Part shown: positions 37,830-47,429 of the stretch, in pieces
How the letters are laid out: the number at the start of each line of letters is the position of its first letter
Numbering within the stretch: position 1 is the stretch's first letter
DNA from: Candidatus Margulisiibacteriota bacterium
GTDB taxonomy: Bacteria > Margulisbacteria > Marinamargulisbacteria > JBFWNS01
Direction of reading: 5' to 3'
NCBI GenBank assembly: GCA_050250935.1
Contig: JBFWNS010000004.1
Coordinates: forward strand, 96,001 to 160,000
Length of the DNA stretch: 64,000 nt
Notes under the pieces: generated by a model
Seen by the model: the letters and a program-made list of their open reading frames with translations, nothing else
Database searches by the model: none
Told to the model about the DNA's origin: nothing
Translations under genes and position numbers: made by a program

Positions 37830-39098
37830 ATGAATATTTTATTAATCGGCTCCGGCGGCCGTGAACACAGCCTGGCCCTTGCTTTAACCCAAGATCCGAC
37901 CGTAACCTTGTACACCGCCCCTGGCAATCCTGGAACGGCGGAAGTAGGTACCAATGTTCCGATTCCAGACACAGATTTAAACGCCTTGCTTGCTTTCGCC
38001 CAAAACAACGCCATCGATTTAACCATGGTGGGCCCAGAAGGGCCTTTGGTAGCAGGCATTGTGGATCTGTTTACCCAAAACGGATTGGCCATCGTGGGAC
38101 CCGACCGAATCGGCGCCCAATTGGAAGGGTCTAAAGCCTGGGCCAAAGCCCTGATGGCCGAGACTGGGATTCCCACAGCTTCCTATGCAACCTTTGCCCG
38201 CTACGAGGACGCCAAAGCCTATTGCGACACCCATGCCTATCCCTTGGTCATCAAAGCCGATGGGTTGGCTGCTGGCAAAGGGGTAACGATTGCCCAAACC
38301 GTCTCCGAAGCCGACCACGCCCTTCGGGACTGCTTTTTGAACGATGCCTTTGGCAGTGCCGGCAAAACTGTGGTAATCGAATCGTTTTTGGTGGGGCAAG
38401 AAGCATCGCTGTTGGCATTCTGCGATGGCAAAACCATCTTGCCCATGTTGCCAGCCCAAGACCACAAAGCCATTTTCGATGGGGATCAAGGCCCCAACAC
38501 TGGCGGAATGGGTACCTATTGCCCAGCCCCAATCGTCACCCCAGCCGTGATGAAAAAGGTCCAAAAACAGGTGTTCGACCCCTTGCTAAAGGGATTTGAA
38601 ACCCGAGGCATTGTCTACAAAGGCATTGTGTACGCCGGATTAATGATTGATCCCCAAGGCAATCCTTGGGTGGTGGAATTTAACGCTCGTTTTGGCGACC
38701 CCGAAACCCAAGTGTTGTTGCCCCTTTTGGAAACACCCTTGGCCACCGTTCTAAACGCAGTTTGGACAGGGACTCTAGACCAACTTACCCTGCGCTGGAA
38801 ACCCGCATCGGCCGTCTGTGTGGTATTGGCCTCGTCTGGATATCCTGGGGCCTATCCAAAAGGAAAAATCATCACCGGACTGCCCCTCCAAACCCCAAAC
38901 ACCCAAGCCATTCACGCAGGAACTGCGCTTCAAAACGGCACCCTCGTCACCAACGGCGGGCGGGTTTTGGGCATTGTGGGCCAAGGCCCTACCCTACAAA
39001 CCGCCATCGACACCGCCTACCAAGGGGTTCAAGAACTGCAATTTGAAGGCAGCTACCACAGAACAGATATTGGAAAAAAAGGGTTAAAAACCACATAG
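37830..39098 (+). CDS. purD: Phosphoribosylamine-glycine ligase
   Basis: GSGGREH, VGPEGPL, KADGLAAGKGV, GPNTGGMG, EFNARFGDPETQ, TNGGRVL. Confidence 0.98.
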   Translation: MNILLIGSGGREHSLALALTQDPTVTLYTAPGNPGTAEVGTNVPIPDTDLNALLAFAQNNAIDLTMVGPEGPLVAGIVDLFTQNGLAIVGPDRIGAQLEGSKAWAKALMAETGIPTASYATFARYEDAKAYCDTHAYPLVIKADGLAAGKGVTIAQTVSEADHALRDCFLNDAFGSAGKTVVIESFLVGQEASLLAFCDGKTILPMLPAQDHKAIFDGDQGPNTGGMGTYCPAPIVTPAVMKKVQKQVFDPLLKGFETRGIVYKGIVYAGLMIDPQGNPWVVEFNARFGDPETQVLLPLLETPLATVLNAVWTGTLDQLTLRWKPASAVCVVLASSGYPGAYPKGKIITGLPLQTPNTQAIHAGTALQNGTLVTNGGRVLGIVGQGPTLQTAIDTAYQGVQELQFEGSYHRTDIGKKGLKTT

Positions 39099-39108
39099 AA
39101 AAAAAATA

Positions 39109-39236
39109 AAGGTGGGGGTCCCTTGAACGGTAAAAGGATAGACCAAGGGTCAAAAAGAAGGTAGCCTGAGAAGTGTTAAGGCAGTAAAAAAGCAGTAAAA
39201 CCAATGAAGTGTAAGGGTTCCCCCCCCTTGCACCTT
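39109..39236. ncRNA. Candidate structured RNA (rod-like, possibly 6S-like)
   Basis: 5' AAGGTG/GGGGGTCCCTT pairs with 3' AAGGGTTCCCCC/CACCTT around an A-rich centre, in a 176-bp gap between purD and the ROK gene. Confidence 0.3.
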
Positions 39237-39274
39237 CTCTTACCCGCATCAGGCAAAGGTTAAACATCCAAAAT

Positions 39275-40219
39275 ATGATTTTAGCAATTGACATTGGTGG
39301 CACCAAAACGGCTTTTGGTATTTTCGAAGCTAAAAATCCGGAGCATCCACCTTGTTTTGAAGGCAAACTGCCCACAAAAAAAGGACTTAAGGGCGTTCAA
39401 GAAACCCTTCAAACCATTCAAAACACCTGTACCCAGAACGGCTATTCCATCGAACGGGTCGGCATCGGGTGTCCTGGCCGTATGGTTGGATACCCGAATC
39501 CCATCCTCTCTCCTGGCTCGGCCAAACAATTGGAAAGCCACCCCGACGAATGGGCCAATTTGGCTGTACAACCCTTTTTTGAGTCCTGTTTTCCCGAAAA
39601 ACCGGTGGTGGTGCTAAACGACGGGGTCACCCAATGGGTGGGCGGCTGGGTGATGGCTGGAAAACCCCAAGGAAAATGGGGCTATTTTGGCATTGGAACC
39701 GGCCTGGGTGGGGCTTTTGGAACCTTCGATGCCACCGGCATTCACAGCCGAACCGATGGACACATCTTCGACATCAAGCTCGAAAAAGGGCTGGGTGCAG
39801 AAGCCATTTTGTCGGGGAAAGGGTTTCAAACCCTGGTGGGCATCGAAGCCAAAACCCTGAACGAACACCCAGAAAAAATCCCCCACTATACCCCCCAACT
39901 CACCCAATTTTGCGGCTATTTGGTAAAACTGTTAACCCAGCTTTACGCAGGAACCCACAGCAAAACCACCCACCAGCGGGAATGGCCCCAAACCGACAAA
40001 GATTTTGTAAAAGGAATCGATCACTATTTTTGGGGTGGGAGCCTGGGCACCAAAGGCGCACTGGGAACCACCCTTCAAACCATCACCCAAGCGCTGCTCG
40101 AAGGGCAAAACGAGCACTTCAAACTGGTGCCCATCACAAACCCCGAACGTGCGGCTTTGGTGGGCGCCGCCATCGCAAGCCTGGGCGCTGTGGACCTTAC
40201 AGCATCTTCCCTAGCATAA
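39275..40219 (+). CDS. ROK/glucokinase-family sugar kinase (divergent)
   Basis: AIDIGGTK, GIGCPG, LND, GIGTGLGG; lacks the CxCGxxGC zinc motif. Confidence 0.75.
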   Translation: MILAIDIGGTKTAFGIFEAKNPEHPPCFEGKLPTKKGLKGVQETLQTIQNTCTQNGYSIERVGIGCPGRMVGYPNPILSPGSAKQLESHPDEWANLAVQPFFESCFPEKPVVVLNDGVTQWVGGWVMAGKPQGKWGYFGIGTGLGGAFGTFDATGIHSRTDGHIFDIKLEKGLGAEAILSGKGFQTLVGIEAKTLNEHPEKIPHYTPQLTQFCGYLVKLLTQLYAGTHSKTTHQREWPQTDKDFVKGIDHYFWGGSLGTKGALGTTLQTITQALLEGQNEHFKLVPITNPERAALVGAAIASLGAVDLTASSLA

Positions 40220-40724
40220 ACAACGACACCAATACCATGGCCACTTGAACCAACCAGCCCACCAAGCACACCAAAATGGCCCGTGCAGTTCCTTTGTAGT
40301 CCAGGGCTTGGCGAACGGCAATCACCATGGCCACCAACATCCACACCGACACCACCGCAAACAACATCTGATTTAGAAACCCGGTCAAAACCAGGCCAAA
40401 AACACGTAAAATCCCAGGGGCACTGGCAAAGCCAACGGTTCGCAATAATTCCCCAAGATCGGACTTGGTTTGGGGTTCGGGCAACAGTTTTGTACCAATA
40501 AAACTGGTTAACCCTGCCCACACAAACCAGGCCAACAAATTCACCCCAATATTGGTTAAAATGCCCAAAAGACTCCGGGCTTCTGCCCCAATCCCACCCG
40601 CAATGGCAGCCAAAACAACCACCAGTAAGGCTTGGGCAGTTGCTTTTTTATCGGCCTCTACTGCTTCGAACAAAGACACATCCAAACGCATGGCACGGCC
40701 AATGCGGGAAACAAATTGGGTCAT
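40197..40724 (-). CDS. Yip1-family membrane protein
   Basis: RAMRLDVSLFEAVEAD...QALLVV...LLRTVGFASAPG...VIAVRQALDY; about 5 TM helices. Start 40724 or 40736. Confidence 0.8.
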   Translation of the reverse strand: MTQFVSRIGRAMRLDVSLFEAVEADKKATAQALLVVVLAAIAGGIGAEARSLLGILTNIGVNLLAWFVWAGLTSFIGTKLLPEPQTKSDLGELLRTVGFASAPGILRVFGLVLTGFLNQMLFAVVSVWMLVAMVIAVRQALDYKGTARAILVCLVGWLVQVAMVLVSLFMLGKML

Positions 40725-40741
40725 GGCATTCTCCAAAAAAG

Positions 40742-42451
40742 TTAGATGCCTTTAAATTTAGCGGTTATGTAAGGACGAAGCAAGTCATGAAGCTGGGTCT
40801 TGAGGGCTGGAGAGTTCCAGATTGTATCTGGCCAAGCTTGTATGGTGTCTATAATGGACCCCGAAACATCAGATTCTAGCCCAAGATTGCCCACCATCGA
40901 ACACAACGTATGTTTCATCGTAGAAAAATCCGCGACCTTTCTCGTGATAAAAGAGGTACAAATGGCCGCAAGATCTTGATTTAAAACAGTAAAAAATGAT
41001 TGTGGGTCTCCATTGGAATAGACTCTAGCCAGATCGAATAGCGGTTTCATTGCAGGGAACGTCGACATAGCAAGTTCGTAGGGATTTTGGCGAATGTCTG
41101 TCCGATCTAAAGCCCCCAAACACCGATCCAAATTGGATCTAATTTGGACAATTTTTGGATCCGACAAACATCCCTCCAAACAATCCAGCGCCATCGTCCA
41201 TTCTGTTTTCAACCACTGAACCACCTCAGGTTCTAAATCTTCATTAGCCTGCGGAAGCGCCAATAACAAAGTGTTTAAGCCCAGCATCAACGAAGCTTCA
41301 TTAGCATTATTCACATTCCAATAAAGATCTGGAGTACCCGGTAAAACACATTTATGGTCAAACCCACCCAAAGCCATAACAGAAGGGGAATCAGCCACTT
41401 GTACAATCGGTGAAGCACAATCATCAAAATCTAAATCATCGCCAGACGATAAAGGAGGCTCAGGAGGTCTTAAAAAATCCAGTACCGTTTGTAGCGGAGG
41501 AACAAGAGCCTTTTTATCAGGATTCATCACCACAATATAGTTTTGTTGATGGCCATCAAAGGCCTGTAACATAATCGCCATCATCGTCATTTTTTGAACC
41601 CAGACTTTATCCAAATCCTTTAGGCCCAAAGCCTTTTCCCCCAAAGCCCTTCGCTTATTAAATTCGTAAAAAAGGGACCCTTCCAATCGATGTTGAACCA
41701 ATAATTTTACTTTCACACGTTCAGATGACTGAATATCCAATTCAGAGGGCTTAACGGCACGATTAATAACAATCGAAGGTGCAATCAATCCTTCCAAACC
41801 CAATAGCGAAGCCATTAGCATCACTATTTTTTCATGATGAAAATCACCCGATTTAATCACAACCGGCAAGCTTTTTTCGCCGACACCAAATGTTTGATAT
41901 AAGGCAGGCTGCTGCGTATTCGAAGAACGTTGCATTTGGGTCCAATAACCCGACTCCAAACCCGTACTATGTACAGAAGACGCCAACCGACATTCCGATT
42001 CCTCTATTCCAACAACAAACGAAGCGCAAGGCTCATCATCATCATCTGATATAGAAGAATCAGTTTCATCTGAATTATTGTCAGAATCAAATTTTTCCTT
42101 TAGCGCTTTAACCAACTTATCTCCAATCAAATCTTGGTAAGCACCATCAAACAAAATACATTTAGCCATCATCCAACGAAGGAGTTTTTGACCCAGTTGT
42201 CGGTCTTCATTTCCAACTTGAGCTTTTGAAAAGGCGGACTCGGCAGCCTTAATTTCCCGGAGCAAGCGGTCAGGTTTTACATCACCTTTGTCCCCATATT
42301 CTGTAGAAATCTTGCGAGCAAGTTCTTGAAGTTTCCCTAGCGGGGTATCGGCCAAAGGAGTCGCAAGAGGCATAAAAGGAGACTCAACACCCATCTCAAA
42401 CCCGGGAGGCAACCGAAAACAAGCACCAAGCACCTTAAACAAACATCTCAT
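40742..42451 (-). CDS. PI3/PI4-kinase-like (type II PI4K-like) protein
   Basis: VVIKS (ATP Lys), HEKIV, LIAPS, AFDGHQQNYIV (DRHxxN-like), GFDHKCVLP (IDHGxxLP-like); acidic Ser/Asp tract. Confidence 0.65.
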   Translation of the reverse strand: MRCLFKVLGACFRLPPGFEMGVESPFMPLATPLADTPLGKLQELARKISTEYGDKGDVKPDRLLREIKAAESAFSKAQVGNEDRQLGQKLLRWMMAKCILFDGAYQDLIGDKLVKALKEKFDSDNNSDETDSSISDDDDEPCASFVVGIEESECRLASSVHSTGLESGYWTQMQRSSNTQQPALYQTFGVGEKSLPVVIKSGDFHHEKIVMLMASLLGLEGLIAPSIVINRAVKPSELDIQSSERVKVKLLVQHRLEGSLFYEFNKRRALGEKALGLKDLDKVWVQKMTMMAIMLQAFDGHQQNYIVVMNPDKKALVPPLQTVLDFLRPPEPPLSSGDDLDFDDCASPIVQVADSPSVMALGGFDHKCVLPGTPDLYWNVNNANEASLMLGLNTLLLALPQANEDLEPEVVQWLKTEWTMALDCLEGCLSDPKIVQIRSNLDRCLGALDRTDIRQNPYELAMSTFPAMKPLFDLARVYSNGDPQSFFTVLNQDLAAICTSFITRKVADFSTMKHTLCSMVGNLGLESDVSGSIIDTIQAWPDTIWNSPALKTQLHDLLRPYITAKFKGI

Positions 42452-42486
42452 CCATTTTTCCTATAACTAAAAAACATATTGTTTAG

Positions 42487-42513
42487 TTATCGAAAAAAAA
42501 CCAAAAAATTTCA
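42487..42513 (-). promoter_or_regulatory. sigma28 (FliA)-like promoter
   Basis: TGAA-N15-TTCGATAA upstream of the PI4K-like gene (consensus TAAA-N15-GCCGATAA). Confidence 0.55.
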
Positions 42514-42520
42514 GATTATT

Positions 42521-43300
42521 TTAAGCGTCCATACACCGATGTTGAAATTGAAAACCCAACACTTTTTTAAACTTAAAATTATCAATAATTTTACATAAAT
42601 TTTCAGTATCTTCGAACCGAGGCATGGGCAGGCCCAATCGCCTAATTTGGGCGCTATATAACGCGACTTTTGTGGGATGTTCGTCCTCAACCACGTTCAA
42701 AATTCCCTGGACATCCGAACGCAGAACCACAGCAGCAATGGCCCTGGCTGCATCGTCTTGGTGCACCAAATTAACCGGATGATTGGCATTTTCAACGTGG
42801 GATTTTTGGGCCAGAGATTTTCCAATCACCCGATCGGCGCCATAAAGCCCCCCCAAGCGCAGCAGCACCCCACCAGGGCGAGCCAACACCATCGATTCGG
42901 CGGCCAACAAGGCTTTTTGCCGATCCGAAACGGGATCAATGGGTGTTGATTCCGAAACCGTACCCACACACCCCGCATAGGCCAAGGTCGAACTGGTCAA
43001 GATCACCCGGGTCTCGGGCAAAAGGGCCGCCAAGACCGCTTGGATCCAATCGACATAGCGGAAGGGATCCACTAGGTTTCGCCGAAACGGCACCGTGATC
43101 ACACAGGCATCCCAGACGCCATCAACCGCGGCTTCAGAAGTTCCCGTCAAATCGAGTAAACGAGGTTCAACACCAGCGGCCTCCAGAGCCTTGAACCGTT
43201 CGGGTCGCGTGGTGGTTCCAACAACCCGATGGCCAGCCGCCACCACAAGCCGGGCTGCTGGCAATCCCAGCCACCCGCACCCCACAAACAACACCGTCAC
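42521..43300 (-). CDS. NAD(P)-dependent epimerase/SDR (YeeZ-like)
   Basis: VGCGWLG Rossmann motif, GTTT, TSST, LRLGGLYG, VNLVHQDD. Confidence 0.9.
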   Translation of the reverse strand: MTVLFVGCGWLGLPAARLVVAAGHRVVGTTTRPERFKALEAAGVEPRLLDLTGTSEAAVDGVWDACVITVPFRRNLVDPFRYVDWIQAVLAALLPETRVILTSSTLAYAGCVGTVSESTPIDPVSDRQKALLAAESMVLARPGGVLLRLGGLYGADRVIGKSLAQKSHVENANHPVNLVHQDDAARAIAAVVLRSDVQGILNVVEDEHPTKVALYSAQIRRLGLPMPRFEDTENLCKIIDNFKFKKVLGFQFQHRCMDA

Positions 43301-43656
43301 GACAACAAAGACAAAGCCACAGCCTTCATTTGGGCCAAAACAGCTTCGTGCTGTCCAATCGGCGGAATCTGTTCAATGTTAAAATCGGGATAACGATCTC
43401 GCACTTCTTGCACCAACACCGGAATATCGTGGTCCACATGCCCACCACCAGCCATAAAAAAGGGCAACACGGTGGCACTGCGCTTGCCAGCATTATAGGC
43501 CTCGGTGGCCACGTCCATCAGGGTTGGGGAAACAATTTCCATAAAACAAAGCCGAACCGCATCCGAACTTGCGCTTAAAGCCAAATCGTCCACAAACCGT
43601 CGAAACGGCTCGCACCATTTGGGGTCTCGGCTGCCATGTACAATAATAAAAAGCAT
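43297..43656 (-). CDS. cbiX: Small sirohydrochlorin chelatase (CbiX/SirB family)
   Basis: HGSRDP, FME..SPTL, PFFMAGGGHVDHDIP. Confidence 0.85.
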   Translation of the reverse strand: MLFIIVHGSRDPKWCEPFRRFVDDLALSASSDAVRLCFMEIVSPTLMDVATEAYNAGKRSATVLPFFMAGGGHVDHDIPVLVQEVRDRYPDFNIEQIPPIGQHEAVLAQMKAVALSLLS

Positions 43657-43734
43657 GGGGATACCCTAGCAAAGATTTTGGGGTTTTTGTAGAGAGATAA
43701 AATTGCACCACTTTTGTGATAAAATCACCCCACC

Positions 43735-44340
43735 ATGCTCTCTAAACCCCTACTCAGCTGGATAACCAGCGCAGCAACATTTGCCGCTTTTTTGCCCTAC
43801 ATCTTGTCCATTTTGAAAGGCGAGACCAAACCTAGGGTCGTTTCGTGGATCATTTGGAGCATCAGCACCCTGATGGTCTTTGCAGGCCAATGGGCCGATG
43901 GTGGGGGTGTCGGTGCCTGGCCAACAGGGCTTTCTGGACTGATTACCCTGGGCATTGTGGGCTTGGCCTATGCCAAACAAGGCAGCCTCGAAACCACGCG
44001 CCTAGACAAGGCCTGCTTTGCGATTGCAATCCTGGGGGTTTTGGCCTGGTTTTGGACCCGAACACCACTCTGGACCGTCCTGTTAATGACCAGCATCGAT
44101 TTGGTGGGCTTTATTCCCACCTTCAGGCACGCCTATCACCATCCCCACGACGAGAACATCACGTTCTATATGCTGATGTTTATGCGGAACCTCTTGGGCA
44201 TTCCTGCCCTCGAACACTATTCCCTAACCACCCTGGTTTTCCCCATCGCCATGAACATCGCCATGGCCATTTTGGTTCCGATGGTGATGATTAAACGGAA
44301 AGTACGTGTGGATTTTCCAAACCCAGCAACCGACGCTTAA
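43735..44340 (+). CDS. Conserved multi-TM membrane protein (PQ-loop-like)
   Basis: PYILSILKGETKP..SWIIW, GFIPTF...PHDE; 6-7 TM helices. Confidence 0.75.
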   Translation: MLSKPLLSWITSAATFAAFLPYILSILKGETKPRVVSWIIWSISTLMVFAGQWADGGGVGAWPTGLSGLITLGIVGLAYAKQGSLETTRLDKACFAIAILGVLAWFWTRTPLWTVLLMTSIDLVGFIPTFRHAYHHPHDENITFYMLMFMRNLLGIPALEHYSLTTLVFPIAMNIAMAILVPMVMIKRKVRVDFPNPATDA

Positions 44341-44782
44341 ACGCCAGCCCACCCGAGTACCCACCAAGTCCGCCATCGGCTGCAATCACCCGGTGGCAGG
44401 GCACCACAATGCACAAGGGATTTTTACCATTGGCCGACCCTACCGCCCGAACCGCTCTGGGGTTGTTAATTCGCGTGGCAATGTCTTTGTACGAACAGGT
44501 GGTGCCAAAAGGAATCTCGGATAACGCTTGCCAGACTTGATTTTGAAACCGTGTTCCGGCCCGATCCAAAGGCAAGTCGAAAGTGCGTCGTTCTCCCCGA
44601 AAATAAGCCGTCAATTGGTCGGCGGCTTTGGCCAAAATTTGAAGTTGCAGATCTGGGCCGTTTAAATCGGCAACGAAGGGAAAGGGTTGCGGGCTTAACG
44701 CCACGTGGGTCAGGCCTTTTTTAGAGGCAACCAGATAGATTTCGCCAAAATCAGCGTTCAATTTCCATTGTAATAAAGACAT
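44291..44782 (-). CDS. ogt: Methylated-DNA-protein-cysteine methyltransferase
   Basis: [20 protein letters not shown], active site VPCHRV. Confidence 0.96.
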   Translation of the reverse strand: MSLLQWKLNADFGEIYLVASKKGLTHVALSPQPFPFVADLNGPDLQLQILAKAADQLTAYFRGERRTFDLPLDRAGTRFQNQVWQALSEIPFGTTCSYKDIATRINNPRAVRAVGSANGKNPLCIVVPCHRVIAADGGLGGYSGGLAFKRRLLGLENPHVLSV

Positions 44783-44815
44783 CCCTTATTCCTCCAACCC
44801 TGGTATACTTTTGGC

Positions 44816-45334
44816 ATGAAAACCATCTTTAATCTAGCACTGTTTACCCTGATACTTCTAGGAGGCCTGACCATGACCGATACCTTTGCTGCCCCATTCC
44901 AAAAGCCCAATGACGCGACGCTTAAACAAAAACTCTCGCCCATGCAATACAATGTGACCCAACACGAGGCCACAGAACCCCCCTATAACAATGCCTTCTG
45001 GGACAATCACAAAGCAGGCTTGTACGTAGACATCGTATCTGGAGAACCACTTTTCAGCTCCAAAGACAAATTCGACTCGGGTTGCGGTTGGCCCAGTTTT
45101 ACCAAACCCGTGACCAAAGACACCGTCACCGAAAAAGACGACTACAAAATCGGCATGCATCGAACCGAAGTCCGCAGCAAAAAAGCCAATTCCCATTTGG
45201 GGCACGTTTTTGAAGACGGCCCTACCGACAAAGGCGGATTACGCTATTGCATCAATTCCGCGGCCCTTCGCTTTATTCCGGTTGAAGACCTGGAAAAAGA
45301 AGGCTACGGAAAGTACAAAGGGATTTTTAAGTAA
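44816..45334 (+). CDS. msrB: Peptide-methionine (R)-S-oxide reductase with signal peptide
   Basis: [23 protein letters not shown]; hydrophobic N-terminal leader. Confidence 0.96.
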   Translation: MKTIFNLALFTLILLGGLTMTDTFAAPFQKPNDATLKQKLSPMQYNVTQHEATEPPYNNAFWDNHKAGLYVDIVSGEPLFSSKDKFDSGCGWPSFTKPVTKDTVTEKDDYKIGMHRTEVRSKKANSHLGHVFEDGPTDKGGLRYCINSAALRFIPVEDLEKEGYGKYKGIFK

Positions 45335-45438
45335 AACCTTTTACAAAAAAATTCTTATACCTAAGTTACTTTGACCAAACTTAACTTGGCACATACAATA
45401 AAATTTCAATATTCATCTTCTTACCCCAAGGACACACT

Positions 45439-46932
45439 ATGCCCCTACATCGGTTTGTTGCTTTGGCCTGCACTTTCACGGATTCGCCCACTCACTTTAG
45501 ACAACAAGAAACCCAACAGCTCAACGCGCTTATCGCCAAACTGAGTTCTAACCTCCGAGACGGAACCTCTTTTTCTGCCCTTCTAAAAAACTTTGAAGTT
45601 CCAACAAATCCACTTTCCATTCACTACAAATTTTTTGTTTTACTTCAGGCCTTGGCAAAACTCGAACAAGACCCAAGTAACCGAGAACATCGGCGAGAAG
45701 CCAAATTAGCGCTGATTCGTTTGTTCCCCAAAGCCGAACTCCACACCCATTTTGATGGCGCCTGCCGCATGGATGATGTGTTGGCTGAGTATAAACGACA
45801 AGCAATAGAGCCGGATGAAAAATATCTTGCCAAGTACAGCACCTTTGCTGCCAAAACCCATGAACACGAACTGCACGATACAGTTGTCAAAACATTTGAT
45901 GAGGTTTTTCCTGCCTTTTTGGGATGGTTTGAGTTTAACTTAAAGGTGATGCAAACCAGAGAGGGAATTATCACCCTTGCCAAAGGGTTTATAAAACAGG
46001 CCCGCGAAGAAGGGATTGACCACCTTGAAGTTCGATTTGCCCCTTGTTTGCACCAAATCCAAGGACTTGGCTATGACGAGATTATGGACGCCATGACAGA
46101 AGGCCTTTTACAAGGTCGGGAGGCCTATGGTGTGGAGGTTTCGTTGATCGCGGGCATTTACCGCAATAAGCTAGACGAGTACCCCAACCACGAAAACGAT
46201 ACCGTGGATGCCGTTCTGAATGCCGCCCAACGACATGCGGGAAAACCCGTACATTTTGCTTTGGATGTGGTGGGCTACGAACCGCCAAACCCTTTATCCG
46301 ATAGACGCATTAACGAGGCTCTTCAGCGTTATGTCACGGAACGTTCGACTCGTGATTTACAAGCCAACACCGCCTTAACCCTTCATGTGGGTGAAGGTCC
46401 GGGGTGCGAACAAAACATCGACCTCGCTTTGGATTTTGCCGAAGCTATGGGCAATCAACAGATTCGGTTTGGACACGCCAACCACGCCACTTCAGTCCAA
46501 CTTGCCGCTATTGAACAAAGACAGATTCCCATTGAATCTTGTCCAAACAGCAACGTTCTTTTGTGTTGCGAACCCACTCAACCTACCCTAGCCGATCAAC
46601 CTTTTTATGCTTGGGTGCTGCAAAACCCCAGCCTTAAAGTGAGCCTCAGCACCGACGATAGCGCTGCTTTGGGCGAACAAGAATTATCTGAAATCATCCT
46701 AGAGTTAAGCGAAGACTCCCGGTTGCCCGTGGTGAAAGAAGGTCAATTAAATCCTGATTGGGCTCGGGTGTTAACCGCTGGGGTAGCGGGCGGATTTTTG
46801 AGTGACTCCAATAAAGCGAAGCTTTTGGCCGATCAGGCCCAACGGATGGCAGCACTTGATCCGTTGATCGCGCTGATTGCGGGACGACTCTCGCTGGAGC
46901 CCATCCCGCAACCAACCGCTACAGTCGCCTAG
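45439..46932 (+). CDS. Adenosine/AMP deaminase-family protein with ~95-aa N-terminal extension
   Basis: PKAELHTHFDG, EVRFAP, LHVGE, RFGH, ESCPNSN, STDD. Confidence 0.85.
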   Translation: MPLHRFVALACTFTDSPTHFRQQETQQLNALIAKLSSNLRDGTSFSALLKNFEVPTNPLSIHYKFFVLLQALAKLEQDPSNREHRREAKLALIRLFPKAELHTHFDGACRMDDVLAEYKRQAIEPDEKYLAKYSTFAAKTHEHELHDTVVKTFDEVFPAFLGWFEFNLKVMQTREGIITLAKGFIKQAREEGIDHLEVRFAPCLHQIQGLGYDEIMDAMTEGLLQGREAYGVEVSLIAGIYRNKLDEYPNHENDTVDAVLNAAQRHAGKPVHFALDVVGYEPPNPLSDRRINEALQRYVTERSTRDLQANTALTLHVGEGPGCEQNIDLALDFAEAMGNQQIRFGHANHATSVQLAAIEQRQIPIESCPNSNVLLCCEPTQPTLADQPFYAWVLQNPSLKVSLSTDDSAALGEQELSEIILELSEDSRLPVVKEGQLNPDWARVLTAGVAGGFLSDSNKAKLLADQAQRMAALDPLIALIAGRLSLEPIPQPTATVA

Positions 46933-47333
46933 CCTTTGTTACGAAACGGAATGCAAGCAAAAAGGGGTTTGTACACATCCAGGTGAGCATACGCGGCGAT
47001 GGCTTGGAACAATACCATCACACCAGGCATGACCAAATTGTTAAGGCCTGGGGTCATAAACACATGGAAAAGTACGATATTCAAGGTCACAGGGGCCAAA
47101 ATAATCAACCCCAGTGGCGCGGCAATGCCGGTTAAGATCATCAAACCACCCAACACTTGGGTACTGGCCAACAGTGGGAAGAAATAGCGTGTCACCATCA
47201 TCCCTTCAAAAAATTTAGCAGTGGCTTCGGGCAAAGGGGGCATTGGCAAAAAATGCAAAAGGCCATTCAAGCCAAAAAACACATAAATCGCACCCAACAA
47301 CACACGGCTAACAAGGGCTAGCTTGTTTAACAT
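46929..47333 (-). CDS. DoxX-family membrane protein
   Basis: RVLLGAIYVFFGLNG...LAPVTLNIVLFH. Confidence 0.85.
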   Translation of the reverse strand: MLNKLALVSRVLLGAIYVFFGLNGLLHFLPMPPLPEATAKFFEGMMVTRYFFPLLASTQVLGGLMILTGIAAPLGLIILAPVTLNIVLFHVFMTPGLNNLVMPGVMVLFQAIAAYAHLDVYKPLFACIPFRNKG

Positions 47334-47388
47334 ACACGCACTCCTTTATAGGAAAAAATTTGGAATGGGCCCAGTATAGCGATTGGGT

Positions 47389-47415
47389 GCAATTTTTGAA
47401 ACACCTGCCCGATAA
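47389..47415 (+). promoter_or_regulatory. sigma28 (FliA)-like promoter
   Basis: GCAA-N15-CCCGATAA upstream of the PP2C gene. Confidence 0.55.
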
Positions 47416-47429
47416 TCCTAATAATCCCT

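Noticed and set aside
38989..39375. 128-aa hydrophobic minus-strand ORF across the purD-ROK gap
   Set aside because: It overlaps both flanking genes in antisense; the hydrophobicity reflects T-rich sequence.
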